Shown here: positions 8,815 through 17,694 of the stretch, in pieces
How positions within the stretch are numbered: the first letter of the stretch is position 1
How the letters are laid out: each line of letters begins with the position of its first letter
Assembly (NCBI GenBank): GCA_011364925.1
Contig: RDOA01000035.1
Location: 1 to 38,344 of the forward strand
From: Promethearchaeota archaeon
GTDB lineage: Archaea > Asgardarchaeota > Lokiarchaeia > Sigyniarchaeales > SOKP01
Direction: 5' to 3'
Length of the DNA stretch: 38,344 bases
Program-made: the position numbers and the translations under genes
The notes under the pieces: model-generated
Seen by the model: only the letters and a program-made list of their open reading frames with translations
Told to the model about the DNA's origin: nothing
Databases searched by the model: none

Positions 8815-8973
8815 GCAGGGATAACCAAGTTGGTCAACGGTGCCGGACTTTTGTGAGAAAAATCTCGCAACACGGATTCAAGATCAATATTCAATTTATC
8901 CGTTGATTGACGGAGTTTCTGATGGGATATCCGGTGAGGTAGCTCTACGTGGGTTCAAATCCCACTCCCTGTA
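8815..8973 (+). tRNA. tRNA-Leu(CAA) with two introns: about 8849-8877 (position 32/33) and 8883-8928 (37/38)
   Basis: Acceptor GCAGGGA/TCCCTGT with A73, anticodon stem CCGGA/TCCGG, long variable arm, T arm GTGGG-TTCAAAT-CCCAC. The loop CTCAAGA is reconstituted through micro-exon TCAAG (8878-8882); intron TGGG (8923-8926) pairs with CTCA as a BHB central helix. Confidence 0.85.
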
Positions 8974-9344
8974 TCGTTTGTTTTACCATTTTGTGATATT
9001 TCATTTAATATTTCTTTTAAAAACGAAATTAGGGGTTTAATAATCTCTTGATCGTTACTTATTGACTTTAAAAAGAGCAACAATAATACGGGGGCGTTGA
9101 AAAAAGAAGATAATTTTTCAACGATTATATTGCTTAAAATTCTCTGTTGTACTCCAAATAATTGATGCGTTGCCGCTGATACTTTTACATTTTCAATTGT
9201 AGGAGGGATTCCTAAAGTCACATTCCCAATACCCATACTTTCCTGGTCAGAAATAAGAACAAGATAACTTTTATGTAATCTAAAAATTGAAACATAAATA
9301 TTTGTTTTATCTAGCTGCTTCGATCTCTCAATAAGCGACTTCAT
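8955..9344 (-). CDS. Hypothetical protein, probable proteasome assembly chaperone PAC3/PAC4-like fold
   Basis: Pattern IYVSIFRLHKSYLVLISD....IGNVTLGIP...LFG..ILSNIIVEKLS..FNAPVLLLL resembles PAC4-family beta-beta-beta-alpha proteins; by eye only. Confidence 0.5.
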   Translation of the reverse strand: MKSLIERSKQLDKTNIYVSIFRLHKSYLVLISDQESMGIGNVTLGIPPTIENVKVSAATHQLFGVQQRILSNIIVEKLSSFFNAPVLLLLFLKSISNDQEIIKPLISFLKEILNEISQNGKTNDTGSGI

Positions 9345-9375
9345 TTTTAGTATTATTATTTTTGAAATTTATAAT

Positions 9376-10185
9376 TTAGAGCTTGATATTTACTTCTTTT
9401 AAAGCCTCGTTTACTCCATAATTCTCATGAACGATAAGATACAACGCTTTTACAACTTTCATAGGATTCTCTGCTTGAAATACGTTCCTCCCGTAAGCGA
9501 CTCCTGCACCACCAACATCAATAGATTGTTTTGTAATTTCTAAAAGATCTTTAATCCCAGCTTTAGCTCCTCCTGCAATAATAACTGGGACCATACACCC
9601 ATCAACTACTTCTTTAAAAGAATCGGGATCTCCGGTCCAATTTGTTTTTACAATATCAGCACCGAGTTCTGCAGCAACTCTCGCAGCAATTTTAACGACT
9701 TGAACATCATGTTCGTCTTCGATATTTTCTCCTCGGGGATACATCATAGCTAAAAGGGGTATTCCAAATTCTCGGCAATCTCTCGAAACTTGACCTAAAG
9801 TTTCCAACATTTCTGCGTCAGTTTTTGTGCCTATGTTTACATGTAAAGAGACACCATCTGCACCAAATTTTACGGCTTCCACAACATCGTTAACTAATAC
9901 TTTATAATTGGAATCAGGACTTAGAGAAGTTGACCCCGATAAATGGAGAATCAAACCAATATCTGGACCATATCCTCTGTGAGCATAAAGAGGAATTCCT
10001 ACATGACCTAAAACTGCGTTTGCTCCGCCTAAAGCAACTTTATTAACCATTTCACCTAAATCTCGATCAAGCCCTTTAATTGGTCCCTCAGTCAAACCGT
10101 GATCCATAGGAATTATGATAGTTCTTTTTGTTTCTCGGTTAAAAATCCTCTCTAATCTAATTCTTTTACCAATATAACCAGATAT
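9376..10185 (-). CDS. DhnA-type class I aldolase, probably 2-amino-3,7-dideoxy-D-threo-hept-6-ulosonate synthase (AroA'); N-terminus extended beyond the ORF track start
   Basis: PMDHG, GLILHLSGSTSLSPD, AMMYPRG, AELGADIVKT, IAGG and AYGRNVFQ motifs. The frame continues upstream as IGKRIRLERIFNRETKRTIIIP; the start codon is uncertain (ATA at 10185 proposed). Confidence 0.85.
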   Translation of the reverse strand: MSGYIGKRIRLERIFNRETKRTIIIPMDHGLTEGPIKGLDRDLGEMVNKVALGGANAVLGHVGIPLYAHRGYGPDIGLILHLSGSTSLSPDSNYKVLVNDVVEAVKFGADGVSLHVNIGTKTDAEMLETLGQVSRDCREFGIPLLAMMYPRGENIEDEHDVQVVKIAARVAAELGADIVKTNWTGDPDSFKEVVDGCMVPVIIAGGAKAGIKDLLEITKQSIDVGGAGVAYGRNVFQAENPMKVVKALYLIVHENYGVNEALKEVNIKL

Positions 10186-10298
10186 CGCTATGCCACCTTT
10201 AAAGCAATGTTTTTAATATGTATTTTAACTTTAGAATAATATAATATAATAAGTAGCACATTTTTAACTCTTTTAAAATTTTTGAAACTCCAAGTTTT

Positions 10299-10529
10299 AT
10301 GCCGGAATCAAGCGAAAGTTGTCCCAGTAACGATGATGAAGAAATAAACAGTTGCTACAACTGTGGTTTTAAAATTATTAATGTAAATCAAAAAGTATGT
10401 CAGAATTGCAATACGATTCTAAATCCAAACGATCTTAAGTGGAAATCTAGTTTTATATCATTTCTCATTTTATTATGCCTGATACCAATTCTTATAGCAA
10501 TAATTTCTGTCTTGACCTTGAACGAATAA
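10299..10529 (+). CDS. Small zinc-ribbon membrane protein
   Basis: CYNC-x10-CQNC followed by a C-terminal transmembrane segment. Confidence 0.7.
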   Translation: MPESSESCPSNDDEEINSCYNCGFKIINVNQKVCQNCNTILNPNDLKWKSSFISFLILLCLIPILIAIISVLTLNE

Positions 10530-10567
10530 TGAAATAATTTAGTTTTCTGATAGATTAATAACGTAAA

Positions 10568-11116
10568 CTATTTAGGAGAAAATACTACATCAGAAATACG
10601 CTGTCTGCGAATATCAAAATCATGATCAAGGTGAAGTGTAATGCAATGTTGATCCTTTTTTTGAGGATTTTTATGAACATAACTTATAGGGACAACAGGT
10701 AATTCAGATTTCAAAACAAAGGTCTTAGGGATAGGAACTGCAATAATTTCCCTACACCGCTCGCAATTTACTAACACAACTTTTGTTTTATCCGATTCAA
10801 GCTTTTTTATTTGTGTAATCAAATCAGCAGAGAGTCCAGGAGATTTAATAGTAATTTTATCCTTTCTTTTTGGTGATTCGGGAACTATTGGGATTTCTAA
10901 TTCTAAATCTTCTTGGATTGAGAAATCTCGTGTTTTGTCCTTAGGTATAGCTTTTTTTACATGAGTATCATGATTTTTAGAGGAAGTTTTATCTGAATGT
11001 TTCTTATCCTCTTCAGTTTTTGAACCTTTTTGAGTTGTTTTACCGGGATTCTCCACTATTCTCACTAATGCTGGTTGTTTAACTCCATATAAATTAAGCT
11101 TAATTACTGCTAACAT
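10568..11116 (-). CDS. Hypothetical protein with low-complexity N-terminus and C-terminal Cys/His (probable Zn) domain
   Basis: 182-aa ORF; CERC...YVH...HCITLHLD at the C-terminus. Start uncertain. Confidence 0.65.
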   Translation of the reverse strand: MLAVIKLNLYGVKQPALVRIVENPGKTTQKGSKTEEDKKHSDKTSSKNHDTHVKKAIPKDKTRDFSIQEDLELEIPIVPESPKRKDKITIKSPGLSADLITQIKKLESDKTKVVLVNCERCREIIAVPIPKTFVLKSELPVVPISYVHKNPQKKDQHCITLHLDHDFDIRRQRISDVVFSPK

Positions 11117-11133
11117 ACAAACTAGGAATAATG

Positions 11134-11739
11134 TTATACTCCAAATATTTGCCGTAGCTCAGCATATATTTTTGAAAGCTCCGAAATAATTGATGTATTA
11201 TTTTGCTGCAGATAATAATTGATGTATCCCGATAATCCCTCACTATCCTTAATCCATTCTAAGAAAGATTCTATTTCGCCTTTTAATTGAGGATCGATAT
11301 TAGCGCTAACAGCAGTGTTTGGACCGCTTGCAGTCCCTAACTGAGATCCAGGTTCCATATAGTTTTGTTTTGAGCTTAATTGTGAGAGTGCTCTTGCAGT
11401 GTCCATTGTGGCTCCCATAGGTTCACCGTCGGGCTCGAGATAAATGAGTAACTTATGCTCATCATCTTTTGCTCCCAAAATGTGACCTTCGCCTCGGATT
11501 GAAGTAGCTACTAACCTTTCTGAAGTACACTGAAGTACGGAGTATTTTACGCCCGAAATTATGATAAATTGAGCGTTCATGCTATTCCAGGTGGATATAA
11601 CTTTACCAACATCAGCACTAATGTCCCAGTTATCTGTTGAGTAAATGATTGTATCTCGTCCTTGAACTACAGCAGCTGCAATAATGCTGGGATCTTTTTG
11701 TAATAAATTGTAAATTACTGTGGCTGGATCAGCGGGCAT
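11134..11739 (-). CDS. Asgard profilin-domain protein with C-terminal extension
   Basis: IIYSTDNWDIS, ISGVKYSVLQCTSERLVATSIRGEGHI and LLIYLEPDG match my recollection of Loki profilin motifs (QTENWNIS, QGIKYMIVENTEERKIGTNITGKGH). Confidence 0.82.
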   Translation of the reverse strand: MPADPATVIYNLLQKDPSIIAAAVVQGRDTIIYSTDNWDISADVGKVISTWNSMNAQFIIISGVKYSVLQCTSERLVATSIRGEGHILGAKDDEHKLLIYLEPDGEPMGATMDTARALSQLSSKQNYMEPGSQLGTASGPNTAVSANIDPQLKGEIESFLEWIKDSEGLSGYINYYLQQNNTSIISELSKIYAELRQIFGV

Positions 11740-11842
11740 TTTTTTTTCAATTTTTTAGATTTAATTATCCTAGTGCAAAAATAATAATAATATTAGTATA
11801 AATATAATTATAAAATTTGTATTAAAAATTTTGGTTAATTAA

Positions 11843-12331
11843 TCAATCTTCCTTTGAGGTCTTAATGTTTATCCTTCCAAACTTAGGTTTATATTGAAAT
11901 TCATTGTTTTCAGAGTTAAATTTCTTCTGCTCATCTTTCTCATTGAAAACCAATCTGTTGTTTGTGAAAAGAAAATGCTCTAAATCATCTTTTTTTCTTT
12001 CCTTAATGTGATTTTGTAGCGATGTTTCCGTTTTAAACATCTTTCCACACACGGGACAACTTAAATAAGGATTTTCTAACAGACCTTTCGGTGGTTTAAC
12101 CACAGTTGGAAATTTTTTTTTCCTGTTGAATAAACCTTGTTCTTTCCGACAATAATGCCTCTGTAATTTTCCATATGGTGGATACTCAAAAAAGATTTTA
12201 CTCCCGTGAGTACACTCCCAATAAAGTACATCTGCTCCACATTTTCTGCAAGATGTCTTAAATGATCGTAAATAACAGTGTTTTCCGTGACTTTTATAAT
12301 TATGTCGCATTATATAATTAGAAATTTCCAT
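11843..12331 (-). CDS. Zinc-finger protein (N-terminal Cys/His cluster plus C2H2-like finger)
   Basis: CRKC...CTH...HYC and CPVCGKMF....LQNHI motifs. Confidence 0.7.
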   Translation of the reverse strand: MEISNYIMRHNYKSHGKHCYLRSFKTSCRKCGADVLYWECTHGSKIFFEYPPYGKLQRHYCRKEQGLFNRKKKFPTVVKPPKGLLENPYLSCPVCGKMFKTETSLQNHIKERKKDDLEHFLFTNNRLVFNEKDEQKKFNSENNEFQYKPKFGRINIKTSKED

Positions 12332-12478
12332 TTTATTAAAACATTTTGGTGAAACATCGTATACTAAAAATTGCTAATGTGTTTTTTATTAACTGATAAA
12401 TCCATAAAACGCAAACATTTAAAAGTATGAGTTTAATTATAGAATTTAAAGATTTGAAATATTTATGGGTATAAGTAA

Positions 12479-13408
12479 TTGGATCTTTCAATGCCTCAAA
12501 ACAATTTAAATTTATGCCCAGAATGTGGGAATACTAATTTAGTGGCTGACGACGCTCGCGGTGAAATTATATGCAATTTATGTGGACTTGTTTTAAGCCA
12601 AAAAATAATTGATTCTGGTCCAGAATGGAGAGCTTTTTCCTCAGAAGAGGCTAGTAAAAAAGTTAGAGTAGGAGCACCAACAACTTTAACTCTTCACGAT
12701 AAAGGATTAAGTACGATGATAGGTTGGAAAAATAAAGACGCATTTGGCAAAAGTATAAGTCCGAAAATGAAAGCTGAAGTGTATCGTTTGAGGAAATGGC
12801 ATGTAAGAACTAGAACCAATAAATCAATAGATCGCAATTTAGCTTATGCGATGAACGAATTGGATCGTTTTTCTTCGCAGCTTAATTTATCGAAAGAATT
12901 AAAGGAATCAGCAGCTCATATCTATAGAAAAATGGCGCATAAGAACTTAATAAGAGGAAGATCTATTGAGGCAATGCTTATCGCATCAATTTATTTATCC
13001 TGCAGACTAAACAACATCCCTAAAACTCTTGATGATTTTATTGAATTTGCACTAGTTGATAAAAAGAAGATAGCACGTTGCTATAGACTAATTTTAAACG
13101 AATTAAAAGTAAATATTCAAGTTTCATCCCCAATTAATTTCATTCCTCGATTTTGCGCAGAATTAAACCTCTCGGGGAAAACTCAAAATCGAGCTGCCGA
13201 ATTATTAAAATTGGCAAAAAAGTATCATATCACTGCGGGAAAAGCCCCCACTGGTTTAGCTGGAGCTGCTTTGTATGTTGCTGCAATCCAAGAGGGAGAG
13301 CGACGTACTCAGAAAGAGATATCACTAGCAGCAGGAGTTACGGAAGCTACAATAAGAAACAGGTATAAAGAGATTATTAATCACTTACGATTTGAGCTTA
13401 ACCCTTAA
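12479..13408 (+). CDS. tfb: Transcription initiation factor IIB
   Basis: CPECG..CNLCG Zn ribbon, GPEWRAF B-reader, LHDKGLST, LIRGRS and AGVTEATIRNRYKE cyclin repeats. Confidence 0.97.
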   Translation: MDLSMPQNNLNLCPECGNTNLVADDARGEIICNLCGLVLSQKIIDSGPEWRAFSSEEASKKVRVGAPTTLTLHDKGLSTMIGWKNKDAFGKSISPKMKAEVYRLRKWHVRTRTNKSIDRNLAYAMNELDRFSSQLNLSKELKESAAHIYRKMAHKNLIRGRSIEAMLIASIYLSCRLNNIPKTLDDFIEFALVDKKKIARCYRLILNELKVNIQVSSPINFIPRFCAELNLSGKTQNRAAELLKLAKKYHITAGKAPTGLAGAALYVAAIQEGERRTQKEISLAAGVTEATIRNRYKEIINHLRFELNP

Positions 13409-13447
13409 AATATTCATAGAAGGGAATCGCCTTTTTTATAGGATATG

Positions 13448-13597
13448 TTATCGGACTTTTATCCTTTTTATTACATCAGGGCGTTTCTTATATAGGATGC
13501 GGAATCCACAGTGAGAGCATTTAATACCAGGTAGTGCGTTTAATTCAGTTTTAGAAACTTCTTTCCCACAGCTTTTTCTAGCACATACATATTTCAT
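13448..13597 (-). CDS. rpoP: DNA-directed RNA polymerase subunit Rpo12/P (49 aa; below the ORF-track cutoff)
   Basis: Manual translation MKYVCARKSCGKEVSKTELNALPGIKCSHCGFRILYKKRPDVIKRIKVR; CxxCGxRILYKxR is diagnostic. Confidence 0.93.
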   Translation of the reverse strand: MKYVCARKSCGKEVSKTELNALPGIKCSHCGFRILYKKRPDVIKRIKVR

Positions 13598-13697
13598 ATG
13601 TGTAGAAATTAACCAAAGTTAAAATATTTTTCGTATTTAATTTCAATGGTTAGAAGAATTTCGAAAAAGGAAAAGAAACTAAGAAAATTAACTTAAA

Positions 13698-14513
13698 CTA
13701 GATATATAAGGACTTTCTCTTATCTTCAGTATCGATAAATTCAAAAGTATTGAGATCTTTTTCGAGTTGATCTCTTTTATCCTGAAGATTTTTGGTAATA
13801 TCATCGATATTATCTAAGGAATATTTCTTTTTAATTGGTAAAGTGAAAGATTTCTTAAGCATTTCTAATAAAGTTATTGAGGCTTTTAAATCGGTAACAT
13901 CCTCGTTTACCATAGCAATATTATCTGTTTCAGCTAAAAGAACAATTCCATCTAAATTAAACCTCGCTTTTGCTAACGTAGGGATTAAACCATTAGCACC
14001 TATAATTACTCCCTTCTGAATTTTTTCACAGTTATTTTTCTTTAGAAAATCGGTTAATAATTCTCGATTCGTCGAACTTACGTAAATTTTGGGAACTTTT
14101 ACATTTAGTTTTCGACTGTTTACTGGATACGCCCCTAAAGCTACTATCAGGTTTATTTTACTTTGGTAAATAATCTCTGCAAGAAAATTCGATATTTTAT
14201 ATATGCCTTTAGGTGTTAAACTTTGCGCATCGGCTGTGATTAAAAAGATATCTCTCTGTCTATTTGGATCTTTCCAGTATAATATCTCTGCTTTTGGAGC
14301 TGATAATAAACTATCATCAACTATAGCTCCCGCGGGGTAATCATCAAAAATAAAGTCCATAAAATTTTTCGCATCTAGTTGCCCAATTAAAGAATCTATT
14401 GCGAATTTTCCGACATCAGCAATTCCAGGCATCCCCAAAATGCAAATAGGGTTTACTATTTCACCTTCTTTAAAATCAAAGCGTTTAATTACCCTTATCC
14501 CAGACTCAGTCAC
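13698..14513 (-). CDS. PAC2-family proteasome assembly chaperone-like protein
   Basis: ILGMPGIADVGKFA, ITADAQ, IVALGAY, IIGANGLI and GIVLLAET motifs. Confidence 0.85.
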   Translation of the reverse strand: MTESGIRVIKRFDFKEGEIVNPICILGMPGIADVGKFAIDSLIGQLDAKNFMDFIFDDYPAGAIVDDSLLSAPKAEILYWKDPNRQRDIFLITADAQSLTPKGIYKISNFLAEIIYQSKINLIVALGAYPVNSRKLNVKVPKIYVSSTNRELLTDFLKKNNCEKIQKGVIIGANGLIPTLAKARFNLDGIVLLAETDNIAMVNEDVTDLKASITLLEMLKKSFTLPIKKKYSLDNIDDITKNLQDKRDQLEKDLNTFEFIDTEDKRKSLYI

Positions 14514-14714
14514 ATTTTTTCCCTTATGTCAATATTGTTGATAGTATTAGAGTCATAATTTTGGCTTTAAAATCAATGTATTATCCTAATAGACACATAA
14601 TTTATCGTAAAAGTAATATAAACATAATATCACAAAAAATTTATTTTTCAAAAAATCATTAAATATATCGGATTTTGTATCGATTATTTACAATACATTT
14701 TACATTTTTTAGAA

Positions 14715-15308
14715 TTGATTGGACTTCACTATAGTTGTATGAAATGCGGCACTTGTTGCCATGAAATTGAATTCAAAAAGAGAATTCCTCTATACCCTGA
14801 AGAAGCAGACAAATTAATAGAAATCGCAAAAGAACGGGGCATAGCCTTTAAGATCGTAGAAGATTTGGTTTTCCCTGATGTATTAAATAAAAAGATCCTT
14901 GTTGTAACTTACAAAATCAGACTGGACAATGAAACTCATGGTTGTCCCTTTTATGACCCAGAAAAAGGCTGTACAGTTCACGAAGTAAAACCATTAGCAT
15001 GCAAAGCATATCCCCTTGCTTTAAAACAAGTAGATGCTTTTAACTTTCAAATAAGCATTGATCCATTATGTAACTTTGTTGATGGTAATTACGATTTAAT
15101 AAAGGAAGCGGATTTTGCCAAAATAATAGAAATATTTAGGAATGAATACCCTAACGCCCAGGAACATCTTAAGAAAAACAAAAATCTAATGTTAAAAATT
15201 AAAGAACTCGAGTATGAGAAGAAAATAAAAATTTCGAGAGAAATATCGCTAGAGGAATTCAATAAATATCTAAAAGAATGGGACAGAGAAGAAATTACAA
15301 CAGAATAA
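14715..15308 (+). CDS. YkgJ-family cysteine-cluster (CxxCxxCC) protein
   Basis: CMKCGTCC, CPFYD...CTVHEVKPLACKAYP. Confidence 0.85.
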   Translation: MIGLHYSCMKCGTCCHEIEFKKRIPLYPEEADKLIEIAKERGIAFKIVEDLVFPDVLNKKILVVTYKIRLDNETHGCPFYDPEKGCTVHEVKPLACKAYPLALKQVDAFNFQISIDPLCNFVDGNYDLIKEADFAKIIEIFRNEYPNAQEHLKKNKNLMLKIKELEYEKKIKISREISLEEFNKYLKEWDREEITTE

Positions 15309-15313
15309 AACTG

Positions 15314-15958
15314 GTGATAACAGTAAGAAAATTCATATCTCTACTTTCTGGAGGTTTAGATAGCCCAATTGCAGCGTATGTGATGATGCAAAGAGGGTTT
15401 ACACCAATTTTTCTCTCGTTGCTAACTTCAGACGATTACGAACAATCAATGAAAAATAAAGTTCTAAACATTGTAAAAATTCTATCCGGATTTACCCAGA
15501 ATGAACTGAAAATATATTTTATTAACCACGATAATAACTTGGAAGGATTTAAACAGGTATGCGACCGGAAATTGACCTGTATTTTATGTAAAAGATTAAT
15601 GATTAGGATTGCTCAACAAATTGGAAGATTAGAAGGCACTAATATAATAGTTACTGGAGACATTCTGGGAGAACAAGCCAGCCAAACTTTGGACAATTTA
15701 TACTCATACCAAAATGTAATCCAAGATTTCATCCTTATCCGACCTTTAATAGGATGGGACAAACAGGAAGTAATTGATCTTAATAAAAAAATAGGGTTGT
15801 ATAAAATTTCTTCAGAAGCTTCAGCGGGATGTAAGTATAATCCTCAATACCCCGAAACTCACGCGAAATTATCTGAAGTTGAGGATTCAGAAAAAAAAGT
15901 TAATATTCCAAATCTAGTGAAAAAATCTGTTAATGATGCAGAAGTATTAAAATTTTAG
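15314..15958 (+). CDS. ThiI-like PP-loop sulfurtransferase catalytic domain lacking THUMP
   Basis: LLSGGLDSPIA, CILCKRLM, TGDILGEQASQTLDNL and RPLIGWDKQE motifs. GTG at 15314 is preferred over ATG 15278, which overlaps the upstream gene. Confidence 0.85.
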   Translation: MITVRKFISLLSGGLDSPIAAYVMMQRGFTPIFLSLLTSDDYEQSMKNKVLNIVKILSGFTQNELKIYFINHDNNLEGFKQVCDRKLTCILCKRLMIRIAQQIGRLEGTNIIVTGDILGEQASQTLDNLYSYQNVIQDFILIRPLIGWDKQEVIDLNKKIGLYKISSEASAGCKYNPQYPETHAKLSEVEDSEKKVNIPNLVKKSVNDAEVLKF

Positions 15959-16339
15959 GTTTAAATCTTCAACCAGAGTATCAAAATCCTCATTTTCTAA
16001 CTCCAACTCATTAAAATCATTTAAACCTTCACAAATCGCTTGAGCAACTAGGTGTTTACAGAAATTTCTAGCTCGCGCTATTACAACATTCTTATAAAAA
16101 TCCTGGCAAGAGCAATATAATCTTGGATATATCATGTGTTCACAATTTTTTCCTAAAGCTACCCAAACAACGCGATTCGAAGGTTTGTAATAATATTTCG
16201 TAATCCCTTTTTTTATTACTTCTAAAACTTTTTCAACTTTCCCTGGAAATATTGAATCTATAAGGCTAATTAACTCGTCATCTATAGCACTTTTGTTTTT
16301 AGCCTTTAAATAAATATCAAATAATAAATCTTTAGACAT
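15947..16339 (-). CDS. SWIM zinc-finger protein
   Basis: YCSCQDF-x11-CKHLVA SWIM motif. Confidence 0.85.
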   Translation of the reverse strand: MSKDLLFDIYLKAKNKSAIDDELISLIDSIFPGKVEKVLEVIKKGITKYYYKPSNRVVWVALGKNCEHMIYPRLYCSCQDFYKNVVIARARNFCKHLVAQAICEGLNDFNELELENEDFDTLVEDLNLKF

Positions 16340-16388
16340 TTGATTATCATATAGTAATTATAATAGATAAATAAAAAGGATCTAAAGT

Positions 16389-17693
16389 TTGTACAATATT
16401 TTATATTTCCCTACGAGATATTATCCTGCAATATCTGGAGCAGAATTCTACATCCAAAGCATTGCCGAGATTTTTTACTTTAAATACAAATACGAGGTAA
16501 ACATCTTTACTTCCAATGCAATTGATTTTAAAGGATTAAGGGAATCGAAAGGAAAAGTTATAAACATCGGAGAAAAATACTACAATTGCGTAAATAATTT
16601 AAAAATTATGCGTTTTCCTGTTAACTATAACATTTCTTTAGATGACAAACTAAACTATGTAAAAAAAATTCCGTCTTACAAGGATTTAGGATTATCTGAC
16701 GAGTGTCTAACAGAATATTTAAGGAATGGGCCTTACTTGGAAACCTTACTTGAAGACCTAAAACGCTTCACTAACATATCAATTGATCTGGTTCACTCAT
16801 GTTTTTACCCCTATTTTAACATAATCATGGCTTTAATGATAGGAAAACTTGCCAATAAACCAGCAATTTGTACCCCCTTCTTCCATTTTTCAAATCCTAG
16901 ATACCTCAACAAGTTCTATTTCGAACCGTTACAAAAATTTGATAAGATTGTTGCTTGCACTCATCTTGAAAAGAAGATACTAGTAGAACAACTTAATATT
17001 CCTGAAGAAAAAATACAAGTTATTTCTATGGGTGTTGACTACAAGAAATTTACTTCACCTGTGAAACAGAAAAATAAAAGTTTCAATTTCAAACAAAAAT
17101 ATTTTAAGTCAAACGAAAAAAATTATAAAATGGTACTTTTCTGCGGGTATAAAAATTACGAGAAAGGGGCAATTTCGATATTGAAAACTATTCCTTACAT
17201 CTTAAAAAAACATAAAAAAGTCTATTTTGTTTTTATTGGACCTTCTACACTTGCGTTTAATAGAGAATTAGCTAAAATTCAAAGAGATCTTGACATTCGC
17301 GTAATAAATTTAACCCCAGACAATTTAACTGGGTATTATGATGCAAAAAAAATAGCAGCTTTTAACGAAACTGATGTTTTCTTGATGCCTAGTCGAAGCG
17401 ACGCTTACGGCATTGCATTTTTAGAAGCTTGGGCTTCAAGCAAACCGGTTATTGGTGCTAACATAGGGGCAACACCAGAGGTTATTAGAGAAAACATTGA
17501 CGGGTTACTTGTTAGATTTGACGATCCTATTGACATCGCTGATAAGATTGTAACGCTACTAAAAAAAAAGCGCTTAAGGAGAACTTTAGGTTCAAATGGG
17601 AAAGAAAAAGTTGAAAAAAATCTCTCTTGGGATGAGATTGCAAAAAAAACAAACAAAATGTACCAACAATTAATATATAAACAAGAGGATTAA
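16389..17693 (+). CDS. Glycosyltransferase family 4
   Basis: YYPAISGAE, ISMGVD, EKG, DVFLMPSRSDAYGIAFLEAWASSKPVI motifs. Confidence 0.92.
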   Translation: MYNILYFPTRYYPAISGAEFYIQSIAEIFYFKYKYEVNIFTSNAIDFKGLRESKGKVINIGEKYYNCVNNLKIMRFPVNYNISLDDKLNYVKKIPSYKDLGLSDECLTEYLRNGPYLETLLEDLKRFTNISIDLVHSCFYPYFNIIMALMIGKLANKPAICTPFFHFSNPRYLNKFYFEPLQKFDKIVACTHLEKKILVEQLNIPEEKIQVISMGVDYKKFTSPVKQKNKSFNFKQKYFKSNEKNYKMVLFCGYKNYEKGAISILKTIPYILKKHKKVYFVFIGPSTLAFNRELAKIQRDLDIRVINLTPDNLTGYYDAKKIAAFNETDVFLMPSRSDAYGIAFLEAWASSKPVIGANIGATPEVIRENIDGLLVRFDDPIDIADKIVTLLKKKRLRRTLGSNGKEKVEKNLSWDEIAKKTNKMYQQLIYKQED

Positions 17694-17694
17694 A

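Noticed and set aside
8815-8973. Reading the tRNA as Lys(TTT) or Sec(TCA)
   Set aside because: The long variable arm, A73 and 7-bp acceptor fit Leu. The BHB helix fits only a loop with CAA at 34-36, and the extended acceptor stem and G73 of tRNA-Sec are absent.
8840-9040. 66-aa + strand ORF
   Set aside because: Overlaps the intron-containing tRNA-Leu and the convergent gene.
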